NCBI GenBank assembly: GCA_032249395.1
Contig: JAVVFY010000001.1
Location: forward strand, 64,825 to 128,824
Direction of reading: 5' to 3'
Length of the DNA stretch: 64,000 nucleotides
DNA from: Candidatus Aenigmatarchaeota archaeon
GTDB taxonomy: Archaea; Aenigmatarchaeota; Aenigmatarchaeia; CG10238-14; SpSt-28
The notes below the pieces were generated by a model. That model had not been told where the DNA came from, made no database searches, and worked only from the letters and a program-made list of their open reading frames with translations. A program made the position numbers and the translations under genes. This document shows, one piece after another, positions 1 through 9,229 of this stretch (positions are counted from its first letter, which is position 1; every line of letters starts with the position of its first letter).

Positions 1-281
1 AAATCAGCGTCGATCAAAATAATGTATTTTCCTTTAGCTAATTTCAAACCATCTCTTATGGCAGAACCTTTTCCACTTTTTCCAACTCTTTTCAACACAA
101 TTCCTCTAATTTTAAATCTTTTCATTAAATTTTTAGCGATTTCTGCTGTTTTATCAAGAGAATCATCAACTATTATCAACTCAAGGCTTTTTAATTGCGA
201 TTTTAGCTCTTTTACTTTCTTTAAAAATTCTTCTATTGTTTCTTCTTCGTTAAATGTAGGAACGATTATACTTATATTCAT
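1..281 (-). CDS. Family 2 glycosyltransferase (dolichyl-phosphate sugar transferase-like), C-terminus off the window edge
   Basis: My reverse-strand translation from ATG at 279-281 gives MNISIIVPTFNEEETIEEFL...IIVDDS...KGKYIILIDADL. This is the classic GT2 N-terminus with a DxD (DAD) motif. The + strand ORF 22..306 is its low-complexity antisense. Confidence 0.8.
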   Translation of the reverse strand, partial: MNISIIVPTFNEEETIEEFLKKVKELKSQLKSLELIIVDDSLDKTAEIAKNLMKRFKIRGIVLKRVGKSGKGSAIRDGLKLAKGKYIILIDAD

Positions 282-522
282 TTTTCAAGTTATCGTTTTA
301 ATTTAAAATCAAATCCATTTTATTTTTACAATGTAAGCTGCAACAAAATCGCTCCGATAACATTTATTATAATTCCAAAAATGTCAATCATATCGATTCC
401 ATAGTAGAGTTTGTTCTCCCGAGGTTGTTGCTTTAAGAATAATAATTCAGGTTTAAAGTAATTCAGCAAAAAAGCTCACGACCAATTCAACTATTTGAGT
501 TTCTTTTATTTCCATTTATTAA

Positions 523-897
523 TTATGCCGATCTCAATAAAAGGAAAACTCCTATCGAAATTAATATAATACCAAGAAATCTAACAAAAGTTACATTCTC
601 GTTAAATAAAAATTTGCTAAATATTGCTATAAGTACATAACCAATAGCAAGCAAAGGATAAGCAAAGCTCAATTCAGCTTTAGATAATACAACAAGCCAA
701 ATGAGAGTTGCAATTGCGTAGCAAAATATACCAATAATTATGAACTTCTCTTTTAAAATCTCAAAAACTTTTGTTGTAAGGAAATACTCTAATTCAAAAT
801 TACCGACTTTCCTCATTCCTTGTTTTAAAGATAGCTGACCTGAAACTCCAAGTAAAACTGAAATTAAAACTAGAGCTATTGCCTCCATTTTCTTCAT
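523..897 (-). CDS. Small EamA/SMR-like (ArnE/ArnF-type) membrane transporter subunit
   Basis: 124 aa with four predicted TM helices and a GQLSLKQG-type motif. It lies upstream of the GT2 gene on the same strand. Confidence 0.55.
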   Translation of the reverse strand: MKKMEAIALVLISVLLGVSGQLSLKQGMRKVGNFELEYFLTTKVFEILKEKFIIIGIFCYAIATLIWLVVLSKAELSFAYPLLAIGYVLIAIFSKFLFNENVTFVRFLGIILISIGVFLLLRSA

Positions 898-978
898 TAT
901 TTCTTTTCAATTTTAATTTTAAATACAACGAAAGTTATGGAAAAAGTTTATTAAGTTGCATTGGAATTTGTTAGATAA

Positions 979-1287
979 ATAGAAGAAACTTTCAAGAATG
1001 CGTGGAAGATATTAAAGAGAATTAAAGAAGTTACTACTGAAATTCTAAATTATGCAAAAGTTTATGTTTTTGGAAGCTTTGCAAGAGGAGATTACAAAGT
1101 TTATTTTAGCGATATTGATGTTCTAATAGTTTCCGATAAAATTAGCGAGAAAATGCAAGAAAGGGCTGAAATAAAAGTTGAGATAAGGAAAAGAGTAAAT
1201 GCGAATTACATCTTTCAAATTCATTTAGTAAATAGCAAAGAGTTTGAGTTTTATAAAAAATTTGTTGACAAACTTTTAGAAATTTAG
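979..1287 (+). CDS. Minimal nucleotidyltransferase (MNT-type, antitoxin-like) without a canonical start codon
   Basis: The frame opens right after TAA (976-978) and reads IEEETFKNAWKILKRIKEVTTEILNYAKVYVFGSFARGDY...SDIDVLIV...*, which carries the GSxxRG...DxD NTase motifs. There is no ATG/GTG/TTG before the motif, so it is absent from the ORF track. Confidence 0.6.
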   Translation: MEETFKNAWKILKRIKEVTTEILNYAKVYVFGSFARGDYKVYFSDIDVLIVSDKISEKMQERAEIKVEIRKRVNANYIFQIHLVNSKEFEFYKKFVDKLLEI

Positions 1288-1290
1288 ACA

Positions 1291-1344
1291 TTTTGTTCAG
1301 TTTATTTAACAAAAACTTTAAATTTTGTTCAGTTTAGTGAACAA
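1291..1344. repeat. Two copies of ttttgttcagttta (1291-1304, 1323-1336), each part of a TTGTT(CA)...(TG)AACAA dyad
   Basis: Direct reading. The 14-nt motif repeats with a 32-nt period. The second copy forms ttgttca-gtttag-tgaacaa (1325-1344). The repeats lie between the MNT gene and tRNA-Val. Confidence 0.5.
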
Positions 1345-1407
1345 GCCGGTTAAATTTCTATATTAACATTGTAACAAATATTAAATCAGCTATCAAAAAA
1401 TAAAGAT

Positions 1408-1479
1408 GGGTCCGTAGTCTAACGGTTAGGACGCCGCCCTTACAAGGCGGAGGAGGCGGTTCAACTCCGCCCGGACCCA
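1408..1479 (+). tRNA. tRNA-Val (anticodon UAC), no intron
   Basis: Manual cloverleaf: acceptor GGGTCCG/CGGACCC, anticodon arm CCGCC-CTTACAA-GGCGG, T arm GGCGG-TTCAACT-CCGCC, discriminator A. Confidence 0.9.
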
Positions 1480-1480
1480 A

Positions 1481-2290
1481 TTAAGTTTCTATTTCGCATT
1501 CTTCTACGCTTTTATCTTCTCTTATTCTAACAAAAACAGGAGCCCTCAGCTGCATATCTTCTGTAAATTCCAAAAACTTAACTTCGCAAACATACTTTGG
1601 CTTAACCCAAATCGCTTCCCTCCCTTCTGACAAGTCAAGCTTTACATTTTCTAGAGAAATAAAAGGAGTAGAAACTTTTTCTTTTTCAAGCTTTTTAATT
1701 ATTTCCTCTATTTCTTCTTTGCTAAAACCAGTGCCGATTCTTCCCAAAAACTTTAATTTTCCTTGATGGTAAGCAGCAACTAATAAACTTCCAAAATCTT
1801 CTCTTTCTCCGGCTCCAGTTGTGTAGCCAACAATAACAGCATCTAAGATATTTTCCACTTTGATTTTTAACCAGTTCTTACTTCTTTTACCTATAATAAA
1901 TTGAATCAACTTTCTTTGCCATTATTCCCTCTAATCCATTTTTCTTTGCAAACTAGAAGAGTTCTTTCCCACCTCCAATTTTATACTCTGCAATTTTTAT
2001 TCTTTCATTTTCTTCAATAGCTTTTTCTAAAATCTTTTTTCTTTCCAGCAAAGGAAAGTTTGTTAACTCTTTTCCATTTAAGAACAAAATGTCAAAAATT
2101 ATGTAGGTTGCTGGCTTTACTTTTGAAAGCAATTCTATTCTAAACTTATTATCAACGTGCTCTCTTTCCACAAACTTCCAAAAATTTTGGCTTTCAATTT
2201 TCTAGCACAACTATTTCTCTATCTAAAACGACTTCTTTTGCTTTAACAGCTTTTTTAATCGCTTCTTTTATTTCTGGATATCTATAGGAA
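1481..2290 (-). pseudogene. ATP-dependent DNA ligase, decayed and 5'-truncated
   Basis: - Fragments read YPEIKEAIKKAVKAKEVVLDREIVVLEN*KPKFLEV, then a frameshift, then VEREHV...YIIFDILFLNGKEL...KIGGGKELF*FAKKNGLEGIMAKKVDSIYY, then a frameshift, then GKRSKNWLKIK...OB-fold...CEIET*.
- There are two in-frame stops (TGA, TAG) and two frameshifts.
- The KxDG adenylation motif region is missing. Confidence 0.8.
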
Positions 2291-2658
2291 AACTCCTTTA
2301 CCTAAAACTTTAGAAGAATTTTTGGATTTAGGTTTAGTTAAATATGGAATATATAAAAAAGTTGAGTTCATGATTGAGAACGTTTTAGACATTTGTAAAA
2401 TAATTAATTCTGACTTAAACTTGGGATTATCAAAGAAAGATACCGATATAATAGAAAACTTAGTAAAGAATGGAATAATAAGCAGGGAAATGGGAGATAA
2501 AATAAAAGAGGTGAAAGGCTTCATGAACATTTTAGTTCATACATATGGAGAAATTGAAGATGAGATTGCTTATGAATAAATAAAGAAGTGTCTATAAGGA
2601 TTTTGAAGAATTTGAAAAGAAAATTGAAAAGTTTCTAGAAAAAGTGAAAACTAAATAG
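2259..2658 (+). pseudogene. HepT/DUF86 HEPN-domain toxin homologue, decayed
   Basis: - The sequence reads ...LPKTLEEFLDLGLVKYGIYKKVEFMIENVLDICKII...NGIISREMGDKIKEVKGFMNILVHTYGEIEDEIAYE*.
- The C-terminus (SVYKDFEEFEKKIEKFLEKVKTK*) continues in another frame.
- The N-terminal ~25 aa are missing.
- The RX4H arginine is replaced (FMNILVH instead of FRNILVH).
- There is an in-frame TAA plus a frameshift. Confidence 0.7.
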
Positions 2659-2739
2659 CATCTTAAATATTTGGAATTAATTCAAAATTAGTAGGTTAAT
2701 TTTATCAAAGAAAATAAATTTTAAACTCTAATAATCGTT

Positions 2740-3966
2740 ATGAAGATCTCAATAATTTCAGATGCACACTTAGGATTTTCTCCCGTTGAAAAGCTGGAAG
2801 AAGATAGCTATGAAAATTTTGAAGAAGCATTTACCAAAGCTTTAGATAGTGATTTAATAATTTTGGCTGGAGATTTGTTTGATTCGAGAGCGCCAAAAAC
2901 AAAAGCATGGGCATATGCGTTGAAAATATTATCTAAAGCAACATTGCAAGAGAATAGAGGAGTAAAGCTTGTTGAAATAGATAAGCAACTTAAGGAAGCG
3001 AGCAAGAAAACCTTAGAACATTTACCAGTTATTGCAATTCACGGAAATCATGAGTTGAGAGCAAAAGGAGAAATAAACGCAATAGAGGCTTTAGAGAATG
3101 CAGGTTTGCTAATTTATTTAAACATGAACAAGGTTGTTTTTGAAAAAAATGGAGAAAAAGTCGCTATTTTTGGTTTGTCCCATGTTCCAGAAAGATTTGC
3201 AAAAGACGTGTTAGACAAATGGGATCCAAGACCGTTAGAAGATTGTTTTAACATTTTGCTTTTGCATCAAAACATAGATCCATTTGTTTATTCTCCCTTG
3301 GAGCAGCCCACATTAAATATTTCTAATTTGCCAAGGGGTTTTGACTTGATTGTAGATGGACACATTCACGTATCCACGAAAGAAAAAATTGACAACACAA
3401 TATTCATAATTCCAGGTAGCACAGTAATCACTCAATTTCAAGCTAGTGAAGCTCAAAATCCAAAGGGATTTTTTAAGATTGATACCAAATTGAAGAAAGT
3501 AGAGTTTGTTGAAATTAATGCTAGGAAGTTCTTTTATGAAACGATAGAAATTTCAAGAGAGCAAAACGCAAGAGAAATTATAGAAAGAAAAATTAGAGAA
3601 AAAATATTTGGCAACTTTAAAAAACAACCAATCGTTAAGATTAGAATAACAGGAAATGCTATGATTTCAGAAAAAGATTTGAGAGAGTTAGAAAGAAAAT
3701 ATCAAGATTCTTGTATTTTATTTTTCACAAAATCTCTAGAATCTACCGAGCTAACTCAAAAATTGGAGTTTTTGAGAAGCTTAAAAGAAAGCAGAGTCTC
3801 TCTACAAGAAATAGGTTTAAACATTTTAAAGAAGAGTTTAGATGAATTAAACTTCAAGAACTCTTTTGACTTTGTTGACATTTTTAATTTGCTTGCTGAT
3901 GAAGAAGTCGATACAGCTTTAAACATTTTGTTAGGACAACAAAAAACATTGAGGATGGTAAAATGA
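2740..3966 (+). CDS. mre11: DNA double-strand-break repair nuclease Mre11
   Basis: Calcineurin-like phosphoesterase motifs are present: SDAHLG, GDLFD, GNHE, DGHIH. It overlaps the rad50 start by 4 nt. Confidence 0.9.
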   Translation: MKISIISDAHLGFSPVEKLEEDSYENFEEAFTKALDSDLIILAGDLFDSRAPKTKAWAYALKILSKATLQENRGVKLVEIDKQLKEASKKTLEHLPVIAIHGNHELRAKGEINAIEALENAGLLIYLNMNKVVFEKNGEKVAIFGLSHVPERFAKDVLDKWDPRPLEDCFNILLLHQNIDPFVYSPLEQPTLNISNLPRGFDLIVDGHIHVSTKEKIDNTIFIIPGSTVITQFQASEAQNPKGFFKIDTKLKKVEFVEINARKFFYETIEISREQNAREIIERKIREKIFGNFKKQPIVKIRITGNAMISEKDLRELERKYQDSCILFFTKSLESTELTQKLEFLRSLKESRVSLQEIGLNILKKSLDELNFKNSFDFVDIFNLLADEEVDTALNILLGQQKTLRMVK

Positions 3967-6317
3967 TTAGAAAAGTTGTTTTAAAAAACTGGAAAATTCA
4001 TTTGAATTCAACTTTTGTGTTTGAAAGAGGAGTTAATCTATTAGTAGGACATATGGGAAGTGGAAAGTCTAGCGTTCTAGATGCAATTTGTTTTGGATTG
4101 TATGGAACGTTTCCAGCTTTGCAATCTAGAAAATGGAAGATTGATGATTTGATAATGAGGAAACCATTTGTAAAGGATGAAGCAGAAGTTTATGTCGAGT
4201 TTGAAGCGAATGGTAAAATTTTTAGCGCTAGAAGAGTTTTGAAAAAAGGCAGGGGTTCTTATGCTGAATTTAGAGAAAATGGAAAACTTTTAGAACTGCA
4301 AAGTTCTCAAAGAGTTACAGAACTGGTTGAGAATGAGCTAAAAACAAGCTACGAACTTTTTTCAAAAGTTATTTATTCTGAGCAAAACGGTTTAGACTAC
4401 TTTCTAAGGTTACAATCTGGAGAAAGAAAAAAGAAGATTGATGAGTTGTTGATGATAGATAAGTTTGAGAAGGCCAGATCTGCTACAACAACTTTAATTC
4501 ACAGATTAGAGCAAATAGTAAGAGACAAAGAGAAATACTTGGCATCTATAGATTTTGATAAAATGAAAAGAGAGTTGCAAGAAATAAAACTGGAAGTTGA
4601 GAGATTAGAAAATGAAATTAAAGACAAGAAACTTAAATTATCAGAAATTGCTTCTCAGAGAGTTCTTCTAGAAGAAAACTACAGAAAAATTAAAGAGGTT
4701 AAAGAGAGTATTGATGAGAAGCATAAAGATTTGAAAGCAATTTTAACGATATTGGATAATGCAATAAGGGATGTTTCGAGACTTGAAGAAGAAGTTAAAG
4801 GATTTAATAGAGCAGAAATAGAAAGCAAGATTAGGGACAACGAAAAAACAAGAAAAGAATTGGAACCATATTTGAAAGAGAAAAAAGAAAGGCTAGACAA
4901 ATTACAGAAGGAACTTACAAAAATTGAATCTGAGATCCAATTTTACACGAGAGAAATTTCTAGGATAAAAGAAAAGCTATCTGAGATAGAAAAAATAGAA
5001 GCTTCTCTAAATGAGTTAGAAAAGAGTTTCAACGAAAATTTGTTGGCAGAAAAAGAAAAGAGGCTACAAGAAATAGTTGCAAGGTTAGAAATTTTGAGGA
5101 ACGAGATTAAGAAAAACGAAGAGGCAATTTTACATTTATCTTATGCCGAAAGCAAATGCCCAGTTTGTGATACTAAATTGACTGATGATAAGAAGAGAAA
5201 AATTGTTGAGAAAAAACAGAAGGAAATTGAAGAAAGCAAAAAAGAAGAATCAAATCTTATTAAAGAAAAATATGACATTTTGAGGCAGATTGAAGAAATT
5301 AAGAACAAATTAAAAGAGATAGAAAGAATGAGAGTTTTGGTTAAAGATAAAGAAAAACTTATGAAAGAATTAGAACTAGATGAGAGTACTTTGAAAATAA
5401 ATGAGGACAATAAAGTTGGAGTAGTCAAAGAGATGGAGGAAATTAAGAATATAATAAGAGAGAAAGAAGAATTTTTGAGAAAAGTTTTAGAAGAGAGAGG
5501 CATACTAGAAACAATAAGACAAAGAATTTTGGATTTAGAGAATTTGAAATCAAAGATTTTAGAATATGATAAAATAAAAGAAGAGCTAGAAAGAGAAATT
5601 GCAGATTTATCAAAAGTGGTTGAGGGGAAGAATATCGAAGAGTTTGAAAAGATGCTTAGAGAAATTAGCATGAAAGAAAGAGAAATCGCAGTTGAGATTA
5701 GAGGACTTGAAGAAATTTTGAGAAGAGAGTTAAAAAGAAAAGAAGAGCTAGAGAAAAGTATAGAGTTTGGAGAAAAAGAAAAGGCGGAAGTAGAAAGACT
5801 TAACAAGATTTTAGTCGATTTGAAAGTCTTCAAACAAGCTTTAGAAATAACTCAGGTTAAAATTAGAGAAGACTTTGTTGAGACAGTAAATCATTATATG
5901 GCTAATATTTGGCCAAACCTTTATCCTTATGGAGATTATGTTTCTATAGCTATAAAGATTGAAGAAGGAGATTATGTTTTGCAATTGCAAGAGAGAAGCG
6001 GAAGATGGATAAATGTAGAGGGGATAGCTTCTGGAGGAGAAAGAAGTTTAGCATGTTTGGCTCTTAGAATTGCTTTTTCTTTAGCATTAGCTCCTCAGTT
6101 AAGAATTCTTATTTTAGACGAACCAACGCACAATTTAGACCAAAAAGCTGTAGAAGAATTGGCAAAAGTTTTGAGAGAGAATGTATCAGAATTCATGGAC
6201 CAAGTTTTCATTATAACGCATGATGAAAGGTTGCAAGAAGCAGTTACAGGAAAAGCATACAAGTTAGAAAGAGATAAAAACGTTGATAGCTATACTCAAG
6301 TTGTAGAGATTAGTTGA
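3963..6317 (+). CDS. rad50: DNA double-strand-break repair ATPase Rad50
   Basis: Walker A GHMGSGKSS, a long K/E coiled coil with a CPVC zinc hook, the SGGE signature, and Walker B ILILDEP. Confidence 0.95.
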   Translation: MIRKVVLKNWKIHLNSTFVFERGVNLLVGHMGSGKSSVLDAICFGLYGTFPALQSRKWKIDDLIMRKPFVKDEAEVYVEFEANGKIFSARRVLKKGRGSYAEFRENGKLLELQSSQRVTELVENELKTSYELFSKVIYSEQNGLDYFLRLQSGERKKKIDELLMIDKFEKARSATTTLIHRLEQIVRDKEKYLASIDFDKMKRELQEIKLEVERLENEIKDKKLKLSEIASQRVLLEENYRKIKEVKESIDEKHKDLKAILTILDNAIRDVSRLEEEVKGFNRAEIESKIRDNEKTRKELEPYLKEKKERLDKLQKELTKIESEIQFYTREISRIKEKLSEIEKIEASLNELEKSFNENLLAEKEKRLQEIVARLEILRNEIKKNEEAILHLSYAESKCPVCDTKLTDDKKRKIVEKKQKEIEESKKEESNLIKEKYDILRQIEEIKNKLKEIERMRVLVKDKEKLMKELELDESTLKINEDNKVGVVKEMEEIKNIIREKEEFLRKVLEERGILETIRQRILDLENLKSKILEYDKIKEELEREIADLSKVVEGKNIEEFEKMLREISMKEREIAVEIRGLEEILRRELKRKEELEKSIEFGEKEKAEVERLNKILVDLKVFKQALEITQVKIREDFVETVNHYMANIWPNLYPYGDYVSIAIKIEEGDYVLQLQERSGRWINVEGIASGGERSLACLALRIAFSLALAPQLRILILDEPTHNLDQKAVEELAKVLRENVSEFMDQVFIITHDERLQEAVTGKAYKLERDKNVDSYTQVVEIS

Positions 6318-6363
6318 GAATAAAATAAAAATTTTAATGTAAAAACTTAAAAGAAAAGATATT

Positions 6364-6463
6364 GCCCTGGTAGCTCAACGGTAGAGCACCCGCCTTGTAT
6401 CGCTAGTTTGACTGATGATAGCAAGCTAGCGGGGGGTTGAGGGTTCAAATCCCTCCCAGGGCT
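6364..6463 (+). tRNA. tRNA-Thr (anticodon UGU) with a 28-nt canonical 37/38 intron (about 6400-6427)
   Basis: Acceptor GCCCTGG/CCAGGGC, discriminator U, anticodon TGT at 6396-6398. BHB check: positions 32-35 (cttg) pair with intron caag (6422-6425), followed by the bulge ct|a. Confidence 0.85.
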
Positions 6464-6548
6464 TAAAGTTTTGTTTGTATGCGCTCCTTTATTAGCCGGC
6501 AAAACTGTTTAATTTAAAATATTGAATAAAGGATATTGTTAAAAATTT

Positions 6549-6986
6549 ATGAAGTCAGAAAATATTAGTATGGAACAGGAGACGCTTCACAAATTAACGG
6601 AATTATGGGACATTCTTTGGATTATTTTGATATTTGTTGCGGTTTTGTGGTTTCCGGTAATAATGGAAGTCGTTAAGAAAGGTTCTATAGAAGTGTTGAT
6701 AGCACTCGTAATTTCATCTTTTACTTTAGCTTTTTTACCCTTAAGCCTTAATGAAAGACGTGAAAAAGACAAGATCAAATTAATTAATACCTCTCAGATG
6801 TTTATAGTAGCCGGGCTACTTATGTCCACAGGTTTTACTCTTCCTTTCTTTCTCGGATCTGGTAATTTATTTTTATTCTCACTCGTTCATTTCCTCATGC
6901 TGTCCGGAATAATTTTGTTTATATTGGGTTGTACGTCTTTATTGTTTACTATGAAGAAAATGAAGCGAGCTTTTAAGAAATCCTAA
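6549..6986 (+). CDS. Hypothetical membrane protein (about 4 TM)
   Basis: ORF of 145 aa with hydrophobic segments. I recognise no motif. Confidence 0.5.
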   Translation: MKSENISMEQETLHKLTELWDILWIILIFVAVLWFPVIMEVVKKGSIEVLIALVISSFTLAFLPLSLNERREKDKIKLINTSQMFIVAGLLMSTGFTLPFFLGSGNLFLFSLVHFLMLSGIILFILGCTSLLFTMKKMKRAFKKS

Positions 6987-7052
6987 AAAAAGTTACTTAA
7001 TCGGCAAGCTTTAAAATCTCAAAGTTTTAAAACTCAAATACCTTAATTTTAT

Positions 7053-7351
7053 ATGGATATCTTAGAAAATTTGAAGAAAGAAATAGAAAAAACACAAGTT
7101 GTTATTCTTTCTGGTGGCTCTGCAAAAAGGATGGGAAAAATAGATAAACCAAAGGCTTTACTCGAGTTGAAAGAAGGATGAACTTTGTTAGACAGCGAGT
7201 TAGATTTCTTTGCTAAGTGTGGATTCAAAATTTTGTTTTGGTTCTTGGTCATATGCACGAAAAAATAGAGGAATATGTAGAAAAAATGGGTTATAAGAAG
7301 AGATTTAATATGGAAATTTCAGTTGATCCAACGACAGAGAATTGGGGTTAA
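7053..7351 (+). pseudogene. Sugar-phosphate nucleotidyltransferase fragment, decayed
   Basis: Reads MDILENLKKEIEKTQVVILSGGSAKRMGKIDKPKALLELKEG*TLLDSELDFFAKCGFKI, then a frameshift, then LVLGHMHEKIEEYVEKMGYKK...*. It carries the GGxGxR signature, an in-frame TGA and a frameshift, and is truncated after about 100 codons. Confidence 0.7.
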
Positions 7352-7412
7352 GTAGTTTATCCGACTGAAAAGCTATTTAAATAAATTTAAATACCACCAA
7401 TAAGTAATAAAT

Positions 7413-8078
7413 ATGAAGCCCAAATACCCAAAAGAGCTATTGAGCTTGGCAAAATTTCTCTTTGAAGCAAATGAAGATTTAAATTTAATTTTAGTTGGAG
7501 GACTAGCAGCTCAGGAAATTTACTCTAATAGAAGAGTAAGAAAAACATCAGATATTGACATACTAACAACTAGAAGTGAAGCAGAAGAGCTTGTTAAAAG
7601 AATGAAGAATAATGGTTATGATGTTTTTTATAATGAAACTTTAGATAAATATTCAATCCAAAGACACGAAGAAGGAATACACATTGATGTATACCCTGAT
7701 AGAATAGGAAGATATTCGATTGAGAATATTTTAAGAGTGATAGAGGTAGATGGGATAAGAGTCGCGTCTGCAGAAGACTTAATTGGTATTAAGATTTATG
7801 CTTATATAACCTCTGATAGAGGAAGAAATAAGCACCTCATTGATATTTATTCGATCTTAATCGGAAAAGTAGAAATAGATTTAGACTACCTTTTGGATAA
7901 AGTGATCCCATACGTTTCTAAAATAACTGACGTTAGCCCAAGAGAATTAATTGGGAAGATGTGTAGCAAAGATGAAGGCGTTTTAGGTCAATTTACTTCT
8001 AAAGAAAAAAGATTCGTTCAAGAAGAATGTAAAAGAATATTAGACTACTTTATGAAAAAGAAGGAACTTAAGGAATGA
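7413..8078 (+). CDS. Nucleotidyltransferase-fold protein (AbiEii/DUF1814-like)
   Basis: LILVGGLAAQEIYSNRRVRKTSDIDILT matches the GG...R.T.DiD pattern of AbiEii-type NTases. 221 aa. Confidence 0.55.
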   Translation: MKPKYPKELLSLAKFLFEANEDLNLILVGGLAAQEIYSNRRVRKTSDIDILTTRSEAEELVKRMKNNGYDVFYNETLDKYSIQRHEEGIHIDVYPDRIGRYSIENILRVIEVDGIRVASAEDLIGIKIYAYITSDRGRNKHLIDIYSILIGKVEIDLDYLLDKVIPYVSKITDVSPRELIGKMCSKDEGVLGQFTSKEKRFVQEECKRILDYFMKKKELKE

Positions 8079-8096
8079 AGTTCTCCAATAGATATG

Positions 8097-9227
8097 CTAA
8101 TCATTTTTAATATTTTTTCTTTCTTCTTCCTTTAGAGTCCTTGAAAGCTCGTGTATCAATTTTCTCACATATTCTCTAAGCTGCTCCACTTCATTTCCTT
8201 TCAATTTTTCAAATTTCTTTTCATCTATTACTTCTTTCTTCAATTCTTCAATTCTCTTCCAAATGTCAAAGTAATAGCTTTCAATTCTCTTTGAATCAAT
8301 GAAGTCTCTTTTAAAAGCATCCCTTATACTAATTCCTAGATGTTTTTCCAGTTCATCTATTTGCATGTTTTCTGGCAACTTGTGTAAAGCTTTTAGTGCT
8401 GTTGCTGCAGCTTTTAACATTACTTCATGCGTTCTTTCAAGAATCTTTTCTTTCTTTCTTATTTCTAAAGCATTTAACAAGCTAAACATTTTATCAACAT
8501 ACTTTTCTGCTCTTTCAATCCATTGATCTACAAATTCTCCTTTTACCTCTAAGAGTTTTTTATGTTCTATGTCTTTTCTTATTTGAACAATTTCTTTCAA
8601 CCATTTTGCATATTCTTCGTCTAATAAGCCTGGTTTAACAAGAAATTCCATAACCTCATCATACAACTTACTTGGTACTGGCGGTTCCAAACCCATAAAC
8701 ATTAAAACTGCTTGAGTAGAATTAACCATAGCATAATAGCAATCTTCAGCAAGCATTAGTAGCTTAACTGTTTTTGCTCTTGCTATTTTCTTTGGAGCAT
8801 CTTCCATGTAACTTTCAATAGCTTCTCTAGTTCCTTGAATTTTTCCAAGTTTTAGCAACCTTTTCCAAGGCATGAAAAAACCAGCATCAAATATAGGTTC
8901 ACCCTCTTTAATAAAATTATAAACTATTGGATGTCCAGACCTAGCATAGTCAACAAATTCAGTTAAAGTATAGGAGGGTTGAATCGAAAGTCTATCTGAA
9001 ATGCTTTTGGCAATCTTTTCTAAATCTTCATCTATAGCTTCTAGCCTTTCATTCGTCAATTCTTCTATTGTATCATCTAAAATAACTATTATATCTATAT
9101 CGCTTTCTGGTTTAAATTCTCCTCTAGCAACTGAACCCATCAAAACTATAGATTTAACTAAATTGCCATATTTTTCTAGAACTCTTTTTCCAAATTCCCT
9201 CGCTTCTTGCAACCTTTTTTCTTCCAT
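8097..9227 (-). CDS. Nucleotidyltransferase + HEPN-like helical domain fusion protein
   Basis: The N-terminus carries GSVARGEFKPESDIDIIVILDD (MNT fold). The C-terminal helical domain has an RX4H motif (RKDIEH, residues 217-222). 376 aa. It is the last gene of a co-directional array. Confidence 0.7.
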   Translation of the reverse strand: MEEKRLQEAREFGKRVLEKYGNLVKSIVLMGSVARGEFKPESDIDIIVILDDTIEELTNERLEAIDEDLEKIAKSISDRLSIQPSYTLTEFVDYARSGHPIVYNFIKEGEPIFDAGFFMPWKRLLKLGKIQGTREAIESYMEDAPKKIARAKTVKLLMLAEDCYYAMVNSTQAVLMFMGLEPPVPSKLYDEVMEFLVKPGLLDEEYAKWLKEIVQIRKDIEHKKLLEVKGEFVDQWIERAEKYVDKMFSLLNALEIRKKEKILERTHEVMLKAAATALKALHKLPENMQIDELEKHLGISIRDAFKRDFIDSKRIESYYFDIWKRIEELKKEVIDEKKFEKLKGNEVEQLREYVRKLIHELSRTLKEEERKNIKND

Positions 9228-9229
9228 TC

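Noticed and set aside
22-306. A + strand ORF of 94 aa at the window start.
   Set aside because: It is the low-complexity antisense of a convincing GT2 glycosyltransferase N-terminus on the minus strand (MNISIIVPTFNEEE...DAD).
282-522. A possible remnant of a second small EamA/ArnF-like subunit (reverse strand MIDIFGIIINVIGAILLQLTL*).
   Set aside because: Only about 21 codons are open, and the similarity rests on a single hydrophobic helix. That is too little to call a gene or pseudogene.
4679-5833. Minus-strand ORFs (73 and 230 aa, S/L/F-rich) and apparent periodicity inside rad50.
   Set aside because: They are antisense to the K/E-rich Rad50 coiled coil. AAG/GAA-rich coding sequence gives stop-free CTT/TTC antisense frames. 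There is no DNA-level repeat unit or CRISPR-like spacing.
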